This document shows positions 27,966 through 38,054 of a stretch of 64,000 nucleotides of DNA, one piece after another. Location: NCBI GenBank assembly GCA_963828735.1, contig CAWHFW010000001.1:64001-128000 (forward strand). The letters are read 5' to 3'. The notes below the pieces were generated by a model. The model searched no databases, was not told the DNA's origin, and worked only from the letters and a program-made list of their open reading frames with translations. Position numbers and translations under genes: made by a program. The first letter of the stretch is position 1; each line of letters begins with the position of its first letter. Source of the DNA: an uncultured Gemmatimonadales bacterium. GTDB taxonomy: Bacteria > Gemmatimonadota > Gemmatimonadetes > Gemmatimonadales > GWC2-71-9.

Positions 27966-29032
27966 TCGAGTCCCTGCTGGACTGGGTCTCACACCTGCCA
28001 CCCGCCGCCGTCTACGCAGTCCTCGCGCTGCTCGCGGCGGTGGAGAACATAGTGCCGCCGGTGCCGAGCGACGCCGCCGTCGCGCTCGGTGCGTTCCTCT
28101 CACACCGCCACGTCACCACGCCGCTCGCCGTGTTCCTCGTGACCTGGACCGCGAACCTGCTAGGCGCGGCCGGTGTCTACCTCGCGTCGAGACGCTATGG
28201 CCGGAAGCTGTTCGCCTCTCCCACCGGCCGCCGCCTGCTGGCGCCGCGCTCGCTCGCGGTGATCGAGCGTGGATACCTGCGGTTCGGCGTCCTCGGCATC
28301 TTCATCGGTCGCTTCCTCCCCGGCATCCGCGCCGTCGTGCCCCCCTTCGCGGGCCTGATCGGCCTCGGTGCCATGCGGACCCTCGTGCCGACGAGCATCG
28401 CCTCGGCGATCTGGTACGGAGGCATCACGCTCATCGGGGCGCTCATCGGCGCCGAATGGGGCCGCATCACGACGGTCATCGCCGGCGTCAACCGGACCCT
28501 GGGACTCGTGACCCTGGGCGTGGTCGTGGTGGGTGGGACGTGGTATCTGTGGCGCGCGAGGGCGCGGCGGCGGGAGCCTGTGTGGCACGCCACGCGTGAG
28601 GCGCTGGATCCCGCCGCCCCGTCGTTCCTGGCCGGCACCGACATCGCCGAAGGGTCGGCACGACAGGCCGCGGCGCTCGTCGTGCTCGAGCTTGCGTACG
28701 CCGACCCCGTTCTCACCGCCGACGACCGGCAGGTGATCGCGGACCACCTGCACGCGCGCTGGGGGCTCGCCCCATCCCGCACGCCGCCCGCTCCACCGCC
28801 CGAGCACGAGCGCCGCACGCGATTCGCCAACTACGCGCGCCGGCTCGGCAAGCGGGTCGGCCGTGCGGAGCGGCTGGAATTGGTGGAGCGGATGTGGAGC
28901 GTGGCGTTCGCCGACGGCGCCATCGGTGCGCACGAGGCGCGGCTCATGCACCTGGCCGCGGAGCTGCTGGGGATCGGGCCGGCCGAGCTGGCCGACGTGT
29001 CGCGGCGCGCTCGGGCGCCGGACGGCGCGTGA
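27962..29032 (+). CDS. DedA-family membrane protein fused to a C-terminal TerB-like domain
   Basis: ENIVPPVPSD and GRFLPGIRAVVP..AG (DedA). C-terminal LELAYAD...ERLELVERMWSVAFADGAIGAHEARLMHLAAELLGI (TerB-like). Start uncertain (CTG 27962). Confidence 0.8.
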   Translation: MIESLLDWVSHLPPAAVYAVLALLAAVENIVPPVPSDAAVALGAFLSHRHVTTPLAVFLVTWTANLLGAAGVYLASRRYGRKLFASPTGRRLLAPRSLAVIERGYLRFGVLGIFIGRFLPGIRAVVPPFAGLIGLGAMRTLVPTSIASAIWYGGITLIGALIGAEWGRITTVIAGVNRTLGLVTLGVVVVGGTWYLWRARARRREPVWHATREALDPAAPSFLAGTDIAEGSARQAAALVVLELAYADPVLTADDRQVIADHLHARWGLAPSRTPPAPPPEHERRTRFANYARRLGKRVGRAERLELVERMWSVAFADGAIGAHEARLMHLAAELLGIGPAELADVSRRARAPDGA

Positions 29033-29949
29033 CCGCCACCGATGTGCGCGACCGGGCCGCGCGCGATTTCTGGCTCGAGGGCTTTCGCGACTATCTCGCG
29101 ATCGAGTCGGGTCACAGCGAGAACACGGTCGAGGCGTACCTGCGTGATCTCCGGCGACTCGCGGAGTTCGCGGCCTCCAGGGGCGTGCGCGACCCGGGTC
29201 AGGTGACCCGACCCCTGCTGCGGGACTTCGTCTACCTGCTCAAGGACCTGGGTCTCAGCGCGGCCACGATCCGACGCGAGGTGTCCGCCGTTCGGACCTA
29301 CTACGCCTTTCTCGTCGGCGAAGGCCGTGTGGCGGCCGATCCGAGCGATCGCCTGGAAACGCCCCGGCGCGGCCGCGTCCTCCCGGACACGCTCTCGGTC
29401 GGGGACGTGGAAGCGCTGCTGGCCGCTCCGCACCTCGACGAGCCCCTGGCCTGGCGGGACCGCGCGCTGCTCGAGCTCGGGTACGGCGCCGGGCTCCGGG
29501 TGTCGGAGCTGTGCGGCCTCTCGACCACCGACCTCCTGCTCACCGAGAATCTCGTTCGCGTCTTCGGCAAGGGCGGGAAGGAGCGGCTCGTGCCCATCGG
29601 CCGCACGGTGATCGGGGCGGTCTCCGTGTACCTGCATCAGCTCCGGCCCGAGCTCGACCGGGGAAAGAGCGCCGGCCGCGTGCTGCTCAATGCCCGGGGC
29701 CAGCCGCTCTCGCGCGTGGGTGCGTGGGGGATCGTGAAGCGCGCGGCCGCCCGGGCCGGCATTCGCAAGCGGGTCTCGCCGCACACCCTCCGGCACAGCT
29801 TCGCCACCCACCTGCTCGAAGGGGGGGCCGACCTGCGCGCGGTCCAGGAGATGCTGGGACACGCCGACCTTTCGACGACCCAGATCTATACCCACGTGGA
29901 TCGGGAGTACCTCCGATCGGTGCACAAGCAATTCCACCCGCGCGGCTGA
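29029..29949 (+). CDS. xerD: Tyrosine recombinase XerD
   Basis: SENTVEAYLRDL, RDRALLELGYGAGLRVSE, GKGGKERLVP, SPHTLRHSFATHLL and LGHADLSTTQIYTHV...HPRG. The catalytic R-H-R-H-Y set is intact. Confidence 0.9.
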   Translation: MTATDVRDRAARDFWLEGFRDYLAIESGHSENTVEAYLRDLRRLAEFAASRGVRDPGQVTRPLLRDFVYLLKDLGLSAATIRREVSAVRTYYAFLVGEGRVAADPSDRLETPRRGRVLPDTLSVGDVEALLAAPHLDEPLAWRDRALLELGYGAGLRVSELCGLSTTDLLLTENLVRVFGKGGKERLVPIGRTVIGAVSVYLHQLRPELDRGKSAGRVLLNARGQPLSRVGAWGIVKRAAARAGIRKRVSPHTLRHSFATHLLEGGADLRAVQEMLGHADLSTTQIYTHVDREYLRSVHKQFHPRG

Positions 29950-31352
29950 GGCTGCGCGCCGCGAGCGCCGCGGTCGTGCTGCTCGGCCTGGGCGCCTGCG
30001 CGCGCTACGAGCCGCAGCCACTCGACCTGACCGGCCATCCGGCCGAGTATCGGGCCCGTCGCCTCGACGATCCGCAGCTGCTCGCGTGGGTCGCTCGCTG
30101 GTCGTCTCCGCCTGACAGCGGCCGCTGGAATGCGCGCCAGCTCGCGCTCGCGGCGCTCGGACTTCGCGCCGAGCTGATCCGGGCCCGGGCGGACTGGCGC
30201 GTCGCGGTGGCGGCCGAGCAGAGCGCCGGTGCGCGCCCTCAGCCGGGCGTCGCGGGCAGCGTCGAGCACGCGGTCTCCGGAAGCGACGGTCAGTCGCCCT
30301 GGGTCGTCTCGCTGACGGGCCTCTTCAGCATAGAGCTCGGTGGCAAGCGCGGCGCACGTGTCCAGCAGGCCCGCGCCCGGACGGCGATCGCCGAGGCCGA
30401 GCTGCGATCGACCGGGTGGCACATCGCGCGTGATGCGCGCTCGGCGGCGCTCGCGGTGATGGCGGCCGAGGCCGATCTGGGCGGCGCGCGCCGTGAAGCC
30501 GAAGCGCTGCTCGACGTCGAGACCCGAGAGCGCGCGCGGTTTCTGGAGGCGTCGCTCTCGAGCGCCGAGCTGGCCCGCACGAGTACCGAGGTGCAGGCAG
30601 CCCGGACTGAGGCAGCCACGGCCGAGGCGACCGTGCTCGCCGCCCGCGTCGAGTTGGCCGGGGTCCTCGCACTCCCGGGGCGGGCGCTCGATTCGGTGGA
30701 GGTGGTGGGAGACAGCGCACTGGGGTGCGCCCCACTGGAGCGACTAGGGACCGACTCTCTGGAGGCCCTTGCGCTGACCCGACGCTCCGAGATCGGTCGC
30801 GCGCTCGCCGAGTACGCCGCCGCAGAGGCCGATCTTCGTCTCGAGGTGGCGCGCCAGTATCCAGACCTGGACCTCGGACCCGGATTCATCTGGGACCAGG
30901 GTGTGCACCGCTGGACGCTTGTGCTCGCGCTGCCGAACCTCCTCGGGTTCCGGAATCGTGCTCCGATCACCCAGGCGGAGACCGCCAGGTCGGCGGCCGC
31001 GGCGCGCGTCGCCGAGCGACAGGACGAGCTGCTCGCCGAGGTCGAGGCGGCCGCGGTCCGCTGCCGCGGAGCGGCGCTGGAGCGGGCGGCTGCCGACTCG
31101 CAGGTCGCCGTGACGGAGCGGGCGCTGGCGGTGGCGCGGTCCGCCTACCAGCGCGGCGAGACCTCCGGCCTGGAGCCGGCGCTCGCGGGCCTGTCCGTGG
31201 TACGCGCGGAGCGGCTTCGTCGGGCCGCGCTCGCTCGCGCGGCGAGGGTGGCGGAGGCGCTACGGTGGGCCGTGGGCGACTGGGTCGACAGCGCTCCGGA
31301 GTCCTGGCCGGATCCCCGGGTGGATCAACTGTCTGAAGGAGCGTCGAGATGA
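29946..31352 (+). CDS. TolC/CzcC-family outer membrane efflux lipoprotein
   Basis: Lipobox LGLGAC, IELGGKRGAR, ARQYPDLDLGPG and AYQRGE motifs with Ala-rich helices. Start uncertain (CTG 29946/29952). Confidence 0.82.
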   Translation: MRLRAASAAVVLLGLGACARYEPQPLDLTGHPAEYRARRLDDPQLLAWVARWSSPPDSGRWNARQLALAALGLRAELIRARADWRVAVAAEQSAGARPQPGVAGSVEHAVSGSDGQSPWVVSLTGLFSIELGGKRGARVQQARARTAIAEAELRSTGWHIARDARSAALAVMAAEADLGGARREAEALLDVETRERARFLEASLSSAELARTSTEVQAARTEAATAEATVLAARVELAGVLALPGRALDSVEVVGDSALGCAPLERLGTDSLEALALTRRSEIGRALAEYAAAEADLRLEVARQYPDLDLGPGFIWDQGVHRWTLVLALPNLLGFRNRAPITQAETARSAAAARVAERQDELLAEVEAAAVRCRGAALERAAADSQVAVTERALAVARSAYQRGETSGLEPALAGLSVVRAERLRRAALARAARVAEALRWAVGDWVDSAPESWPDPRVDQLSEGASR

Positions 31353-32342
31353 GCCTGCGGCGTGTCGTGGCGGGCCTGATGGCAGTCGTCCTGGCGATGG
31401 CGCTGGTGGTGCTCTATCGCGGCCATCGGCGAGAGGTGGTGCAGGAGGCCGAGCGGCAGGCGCCGGTGATGGCGCCCAGCCGGGTGAGCGGGGACAGCGA
31501 GGCGGCCGTGGTCACGCTCGCGGCGGGCGAGCGCCGCCGCGTGGGGATCGAGCTCGCGGTGGTCCGCTCGACCTCGGGCGGAGCCGAGAGCCGCATGCCG
31601 GGTGAGGTGGTACCGGAGACCGAGCGGGCGGCCGTGCTCCGTGCACCGGTCGCCGGCCGGTTCACGCTGCCCGACGGTGCGCGCTGGCCCGCACTCGGAG
31701 AGCGCGTGGCGGCCGACGTGCCGCTGGCGCAGGTGTCCGACGCACGGCCGCTCGCGCTGCCGATCGGCGGCGTGGTGACGCGCGTCGGCGCCCAGCCGGG
31801 CGCGCTGGTGGAGGCGGGGCAGGCGCTGCTCGAGGTGGCGGACTACAGCCACCCACTGGTGCGGGTGGCCTGGCTCGACCCCGCGGGGGGCGCCCCACCG
31901 GCGCGCCTCGCCGTCGGACCGGGATCCGCCTCCGGAGCGACGAGGTGCCGGCACGCCTCGTCGGGTCCCGCGCCCGAGGCCGATCCCGTCACTCGCCGCG
32001 CGGCCTATCTCTACCGCGCGGAGCGCGCCTGGCCCGGAGCGACTCCCGGTACGCCGGTCGTCGCGTTCGTGAGCGCCCGCCTCCCGCGGCGAGGGAAACG
32101 CCGGAGCGTTCGTGCCCGACGCCGCCGTCGTCCAGTGGGACGGGCTCGCTTGGGCGTATCGCGCGCGCGGGTCCGATCGGTTCGAGCGGGTGCGCGTCGG
32201 GACGGACCGTCCGGCTCCCGGCGGCTGGATCGTGGACGCGCCGCTCGCGCCGGGGGACTCGGTAGTCGTGCGCGGTGCCGAGGAGCTCCTGTCCGAGGAG
32301 TTCCGCGCCCGAGTCACCGTAGGCGACGAGTCGGGCGAGTGA
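31349..32342 (+). CDS. RND periplasmic adaptor (CzcB-like), frameshifted in this sequence
   Basis: N-terminal anchor, LRAPVAG and LPIGGVV lipoyl halves, DPVTR. The C-terminal VPDAAVV...VVVRGAEELLSEE is in another frame (32112-32342). Confidence 0.75.
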
Positions 32343-32358
32343 GCCCGGCGTCACGCGC

Positions 32359-35300
32359 ATGCTGACCGGGCTCGTCCGGCAGTCGATCCGTCATCGCGGC
32401 GTCGTCATCGGCCTCGCGCTCGCGCTGATAGTCTACGGCGCGGGCGTGGTCGCGAACGCCCGTCTCGACGTCTTCCCGGAGTTCGCCCCACCGCAGGTCT
32501 CCATCCAGACCGAGGCGCCCGGGCTCTCGCCCGAGCAGGTCGAGGTGCTCGTCACCAAGCCGCTCGAGGATGCCATCAACGGCGTGGAGGGCATCGCCGC
32601 CGTCCGCTCGCAGTCGATCCAGGGCCTCTCCGTCATCACCGCCGTCCTCGCGGAGCACGAGGACATCTATCGTGCGCGACAGGCGCTCGCCGAGCGGCTG
32701 GTGGAGGCGACGGGCCGGCTGCCCGCCACCGTCGAGCCGCCGGTCCTGACGCCGCTGACGTCCTCCTCGAGCACGGTCCTCGTCGTCGGCGTGACCTCGA
32801 CCACGCGATCGCTGATGGAGCAGCGCACGTTCGTGGACTGGGTCATGCGGCCACGCCTGCTCGCGACGCCGGGGGTGTCGAAGGTCGCCGTGTTCGGCGG
32901 CGAGGTCCGCGAGCTCCAGGTGCAGCTCGACCCCGAGCGGCTGCAGGCTCTACGGCGTCGGCGTCGGAGGAGGTGGCGGAGGCGGCGCGCCAGGCGACCG
33001 GCGTTCGCGGCGCCGGCGTTATCGACGGCGCCAATCAGCGCATCACGGTGCGAGCGGAAGGGCAGGCGGTCACGCCGGACGCGCTCGCGCAGGCAGTCGT
33101 GCGCGAGCGGGACGGATCCGTGCTCCGGCTCGCCGATCTCGGCCGGGTGGTCGGAGGCGCCCGCGACGCGGTTCGGCGAGGGAGGCGTGGACGGCCGGCG
33201 CGGGCTCGTGATCGTCGTCTCGGCGCAGCTCGGCGCGAACACGAAGGTCGTGGCAGAGCGCGCCGAGGCGGCGCTCGCGCGACTGGAGCCCAGGCATGCG
33301 CGCGCAGGGCCTCACGCTTCGGCCCGACATCTTCCGGCCGTCGGAGTTCATCGACCTCGCGCTCCGCAACATCGTCACCTCGCTTCTGCTCGGCGCGGTG
33401 CTCGTGGCGGTGGTGCTGCTGATCTTTCTCTCCGACGTGGGCGCCGCGGCCATTTCGCTCACGGCGATCCCGCTGTCGCTGCTCGCCGCCCTCATCGTGC
33501 TCGATCGGCTCGGCTTCGGCATCAACACGCTCACGCTGGGCGGCCTGGCCATCGCGCTCGGCGAGGTGGTGGACGACGCGATCATCGACGTCGAGAACAT
33601 CGCGCGGCGGCTGCGCGAGAATCGCCGGTCCCGCCGAGCCGCGGAGCGCGGCGCGCGTCGTGCTCGAGGCGTCGCTCGAGGTCCGGAGCAGCGTCGTGTA
33701 CGCCACGTTCGTGGTGGCGCTGGTATTCGTCCCGGTCCTCACCTTGACCGGGGTGCAGGGCGCCTTGTTCCGGCCGCTCGGACTGGCGTACATCCTGGCG
33801 ATCCTCGCCTCGCTGCTGGTGGCGCTCACGGTCACGCCGGCGCTGACGCTGCTGCTCCTCGGCGGCCGCGGTCACCGGGCTCACGAATCGGTCCCGCTGG
33901 CCTGGCTCAAGGCACGCTACGCCCGAGCGCTCCACTGGCTCGCCGACCGGCCCGGCACGGTGGGCGCGGTCGCGGCGCTCGTCTGTGTCGCGGCGGTGGC
34001 GACGCTGCCGTTCTTCGGCGCCACGTTCCTCCCGGAGTTCCGCGAGGGTCACTATCTGGTCCACATGTCGGCCGTGCCGGGCACGTCGCTCGACGAGTCC
34101 TTTCGCCTCGGGGCGCAGGTGACCGAGGCGCTCAAGCGCGACCCGAGAGTCCGCGCGGTCGCGCAGCGAATCGGCCGTGCGGAGCTCTCGGAAGACACCT
34201 GGGGCACGCACTACACCGAGTTCGAGGTGGATCTGGTGCCGTTGACCGGTCGGGCGGCCGAAACCGTGCAGGACGACCTGCGGCGAATCCTCGCGACGTT
34301 CCCGGGCGTCAACTTCGCCATCCGGGGGTTCCTCGCCGAGCGCATTGAGGAGACGCTCACCGGCTCCACGGCCGAGCTGGTGGTGCGCGTGTACGGTGAC
34401 GATCTCGACAGCCTCGACGTCGCGGCCCGGCGGGTGGCCGAGGCGCTCGCGCGGACGCCCGGCGCCACCGATGTGCAATACGACCCGCCGCCGGTCGCGC
34501 CGGACGTCACCGTGCGCCTCCGGCCGGACGACCTCCCGCTCTACGGCCTCCGCGCCGACGCGGTGCTCTCCACGATCGAGACGGCGACCCGCGGCGCGAG
34601 GGTCGCCCAGACGTTCGAGGGCAACCGCGCGACGGACGTCGTGGTGACCCTCATGCCCGAGCACCGCGCCCGGCCCGAGGACCTGCTGGCGCTGCCCGTC
34701 ACGTCGGCGAGCGGGCGTCAGGTCGAGCTTGGGCGCATCGCCGACATCGCGCGCACCACCGGCCGTTTCGTGATCGCCCATGTAGGCGCGCGCCGCGTGC
34801 AGACGGTCACGGCCAACGTGAGCGGCAGGGACCCCGAAGGGGTCACGCGCGACTTCGAGGAGAGCCTGGGCCGGAGCACGGTGCTGCCGGCGGGTGTCTA
34901 TGCGGAAGTCGGCGGCACCGGCACCGCGCAGCGAGCCGCTCGGCGCGAGCTCCTGCGCGACAGCCTGCTCGCGGCCGCCGGAATCGTGATGCTGCTCTGG
35001 GTCGCGTTCGGCGAGTCGAGCCGGTTGCTCCTCGTGCTCGCGAACCTGCCGTTCGCGCTCGTCGGAGGCGTCCTCGCGGTGTTCGCGACCGGTGGGTTGT
35101 TGAGCCTGGGCTCGCTGGTGGGCTTCGTTACGCTGTTCGGCATCGCCACGCGAAACGCGGTGATGCTGATCTCGCACTACGACCATCTCGTCGCGGTGGA
35201 GGGCGCGCTCTGGGGACGCGACGCGGCGATTCGCGGGGCGCTGGAGCGCCTGGGGCCCATCCTGATGACCGCGCTGGTGACCGCGCTGGGACTCTTGCCG

Positions 35301-35459
35301 CTGGCGCTCGGCAGCGGCGATCCCGGCCGCGAGATCGAGGGTCCAATGGCCATCGTGATTCTCGGCGGGCTTCTCACGTCCACCGCGCTCAGCCTGTTCG
35401 TGCTGCCGCCACTCGCGCTTCGATTCGGCCGGTTCGATCGAGCGGTGGTGGAGGAGTAG
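32359..35459 (+). CDS. CusA/CzcA-family (HME) RND transporter, frameshifted in this sequence
   Basis: [64 protein letters not shown] and [11 protein letters not shown] motifs, spread over several frames between 32.9 and 33.7 kb. Confidence 0.85.
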
Positions 35460-35465
35460 GCACCC

Positions 35466-37181
35466 TCAGGTCGGAATCTCGGCGCTCGCCGGATCCGTCG
35501 CCTCGAAGACACGTCCCAGCCACCGCAGCATCGCTGCCACCTCGACCGCGATGCCGCCGAGCAACACCACGACACTCGGCACGATCGCCCACCAGCCGAT
35601 TTCGCCCCGCGCGAGGGTGAACAGTGCCATCGCAAGCCCTGCCGGGACGGCCAACGCCACGCCCAGCAAGGCGGTGTATCCGACGATCATGAGCATGTTC
35701 TGCCCCAGCGCCTCGACGCCGCCGGGCCGGCCGCTGCCGAGGTGGACCCAGGTGGGGTAGAGCAGGGCCGCGCCGTTCTGGATCAGGAGGCCGAGGTAGT
35801 TGATGCCCGGGAGGCAGGCGAGGGCGGTCACCAGCGCCGCAGTCCGCGTCGTGAGGTCCGGCTCCATGCCGACGTTGCCCAGGAAGGCGAAGTAGGCCAC
35901 GAGCAGCAGCCCGATCTGGAGCGCGGTAAGGACCACGGCGGAGGCGGCTGTTTCGGCGGCCACCACCGCGCGTCCCGCGAGGGGGTAGCTCCGCAGCATG
36001 TCAAGCTTGAGCAGGTCGCTGCGAAGATCGTTTCGAATCCACTGCGGACCGATCACGATCGCGAGCCCGGCCCAGGTCGCGGCGAGCCACCCGACCACCT
36101 CGGCGACGGCCCCGACGACCTGGAACGACGACAACCCCGCCAGAACCGCCGCGACGAGGATGGCCATCGCGATGTTCCGCGCGCGCCGGGTGCGCACGAC
36201 CGCGAGCAGGTTTTTCCAGAGTATCGCGCCCGCCGGCCAGCCGATGGGCGCGAGGCGCAGCAGGGCAGGCGGCTTGCGGTGCGCGAGGGGCGGCATCGCC
36301 GGCCCGCGGGAGGCCGCGCGCCGCGCGCGCAGCAGGGACGCTTCGGCGGCCGCTTCCTCGAACGCGGTGTCCGCCCGGATGACCCAGACATAGTGAAGCA
36401 CCAGCAGCCCGAGCGCGGGGCCGACCGCGCGTAGCCAATCGCCGAGGGTGTGCGCGGCCAGCGGCCGCACCATCGCGCGAAACGGCGCGAGCAGCACCCG
36501 GGGGACCGGTCTGGTGGACGCGTCGGCCAGGGCATCGAGAAAGGTGGTCAGTCCGCCCGCCCAGCCCGCGGCGAGGTCAGGCAACGCATCCTGGACGCTC
36601 CACACCAGCCCGACCAGCAGGACGCCCAGCAGTGCGAGCGACACGAGCCGGTGGCGCAGGGCGATGCGCCCATGCTCGAGCAGACTGGTGCGCACGAAGG
36701 ATGCGCCCAGGCGGTGGAAGGAGATCGTCGTGAGCAGGACCCAGATCGACAGCGCGCGGAGCCACGGCGAGGCCCCGAAGCGCTCGCGCGCGAGGATAAG
36801 CGTCCAGAGGAGCGAGTTGAAGAGGATGACGACCTGGTTTCTCAGCAGCTTGTACTGGACGAGGCCGCGTCGTGTCACGGGTCCCGAGAAGAGGAACGTG
36901 ACCTCGGCGGGACTGAAGGCGAGCACGCGGCGCTCGACGCCGAACACCCAGCCCCAGAGCAGCGCGCCGACCACTCCGATCGCGCCCATGAGCTCCAGCC
37001 ACCGGGCACCGACCAGGACCTGGGGTGGCCGGTCGGGCCGCTGCTCCACCGACACGATCCACAGGTACGAGAGCCCAAGCACCAGCGCTGCCAGATAGCG
37101 CGGGCTCCGGAGCTGGCGGACCTGCCGCGCGATGCGATTGTACGTGGAGCGCCACGCCAGGTAGGTGAAGACCCGGATCAC
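35466..37181 (-). CDS. Putative ABC exporter membrane subunit
   Basis: GTG start 37181 overlaps the ATPase stop. Many TMs, with FSPAEVTFLFSGPVTRRGLVQYKL, FEEAA, WKNL and RNDLRSDL motifs. Confidence 0.75.
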   Translation of the reverse strand: MIRVFTYLAWRSTYNRIARQVRQLRSPRYLAALVLGLSYLWIVSVEQRPDRPPQVLVGARWLELMGAIGVVGALLWGWVFGVERRVLAFSPAEVTFLFSGPVTRRGLVQYKLLRNQVVILFNSLLWTLILARERFGASPWLRALSIWVLLTTISFHRLGASFVRTSLLEHGRIALRHRLVSLALLGVLLVGLVWSVQDALPDLAAGWAGGLTTFLDALADASTRPVPRVLLAPFRAMVRPLAAHTLGDWLRAVGPALGLLVLHYVWVIRADTAFEEAAAEASLLRARRAASRGPAMPPLAHRKPPALLRLAPIGWPAGAILWKNLLAVVRTRRARNIAMAILVAAVLAGLSSFQVVGAVAEVVGWLAATWAGLAIVIGPQWIRNDLRSDLLKLDMLRSYPLAGRAVVAAETAASAVVLTALQIGLLLVAYFAFLGNVGMEPDLTTRTAALVTALACLPGINYLGLLIQNGAALLYPTWVHLGSGRPGGVEALGQNMLMIVGYTALLGVALAVPAGLAMALFTLARGEIGWWAIVPSVVVLLGGIAVEVAAMLRWLGRVFEATDPASAEIPT

Positions 37182-37915
37182 TCCCGCGCTCCGCCCTCTG
37201 GAGTGATGAGCGCCAGGAACACGTCCTCGAGGCGACGGCCGCTCAACGCCGGCCGGCTCGCGACGATCTCGGCCACGGTGCCGAGCGCCACGGCCTGTCC
37301 GCGGTTCATGACGAGGATACGCGTGCAGATCTCTTCGACCAGGTGCAGCAGGTGCGAGCTCAAGATCACCGCCGCGCCGGCCCCGGCGCGGCGGACGATC
37401 GTTGCCTTCATCCGGCGAATGCCCACGGGGTCGAGGCCGGTGAGCGGCTCGTCGAGCAGGAGGGCCCGCGGACCGTGCAGGAGCCCGCACGCGATGGCGA
37501 GCTTCTGCTTCATGCCCCGCGAGAGCTCGCCCGGCAGGGCGGCGCGTTTCTCGCCCAGCTCGAGCTCCTCGAGCAGGATAGGGATGCGCGCGTTGATGTC
37601 GGCCACCTGGTAGAGGCGCCCGACGAAGCGGAGGTGCTCCTCGACGGTGAGGTAGTCAAACAGGTGCGGCTCGTCGGGGATGAAGGCGAGGAGGGATTTC
37701 GCCGCGACCGGCGCCGTGGACAGGTCGTGCCCGCCTATGCGGATCCGCCCGCGTGTCGGAATGATGATCCCCGCGATGCTCCGGATCGTCGTCGTCTTCC
37801 CGGCACCGTTGGGGCCCACCAGGCCGAGCACCTCGCCCGGCTCGACCGAGAAGGTGAGTCCCCGCACGGCCGCGAGCTCGCCATACTGCTTCTCTAGTCC
37901 GTCGACTTCGATCAC
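37178..37915 (-). CDS. ABC transporter ATP-binding protein
   Basis: GPNGAGKTT, LSRGMKQK, LLDEPLTGLDP and SSH motifs. Confidence 0.93.
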   Translation of the reverse strand: MIEVDGLEKQYGELAAVRGLTFSVEPGEVLGLVGPNGAGKTTTIRSIAGIIIPTRGRIRIGGHDLSTAPVAAKSLLAFIPDEPHLFDYLTVEEHLRFVGRLYQVADINARIPILLEELELGEKRAALPGELSRGMKQKLAIACGLLHGPRALLLDEPLTGLDPVGIRRMKATIVRRAGAGAAVILSSHLLHLVEEICTRILVMNRGQAVALGTVAEIVASRPALSGRRLEDVFLALITPEGGARE

Positions 37916-38054
37916 GGCCGCCTCCGGCCAGGGAGGGGGTGCCGGACCGGGGCCGGCGGGTGAAACTTTCGACGGGAGTTGGACGTCTCTCGTTGGAACA
38001 TAGTCCCCTGACGGGGTGTGAATTCCCCGGTGCGGCCCTGGGAGGCCGATCCCT

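Noticed and set aside
31920..33660. Programmed frameshifting or phase variation in the RND genes
   Set aside because: There are too many independent shifts and no slippery heptamers or long homopolymer/SSR tracts.
29029..35459. xerD plus RND pump as an integrative mobile element
   Set aside because: The recombinase is a housekeeping XerD type inside an operon, and no att repeats or other mobility genes were seen.
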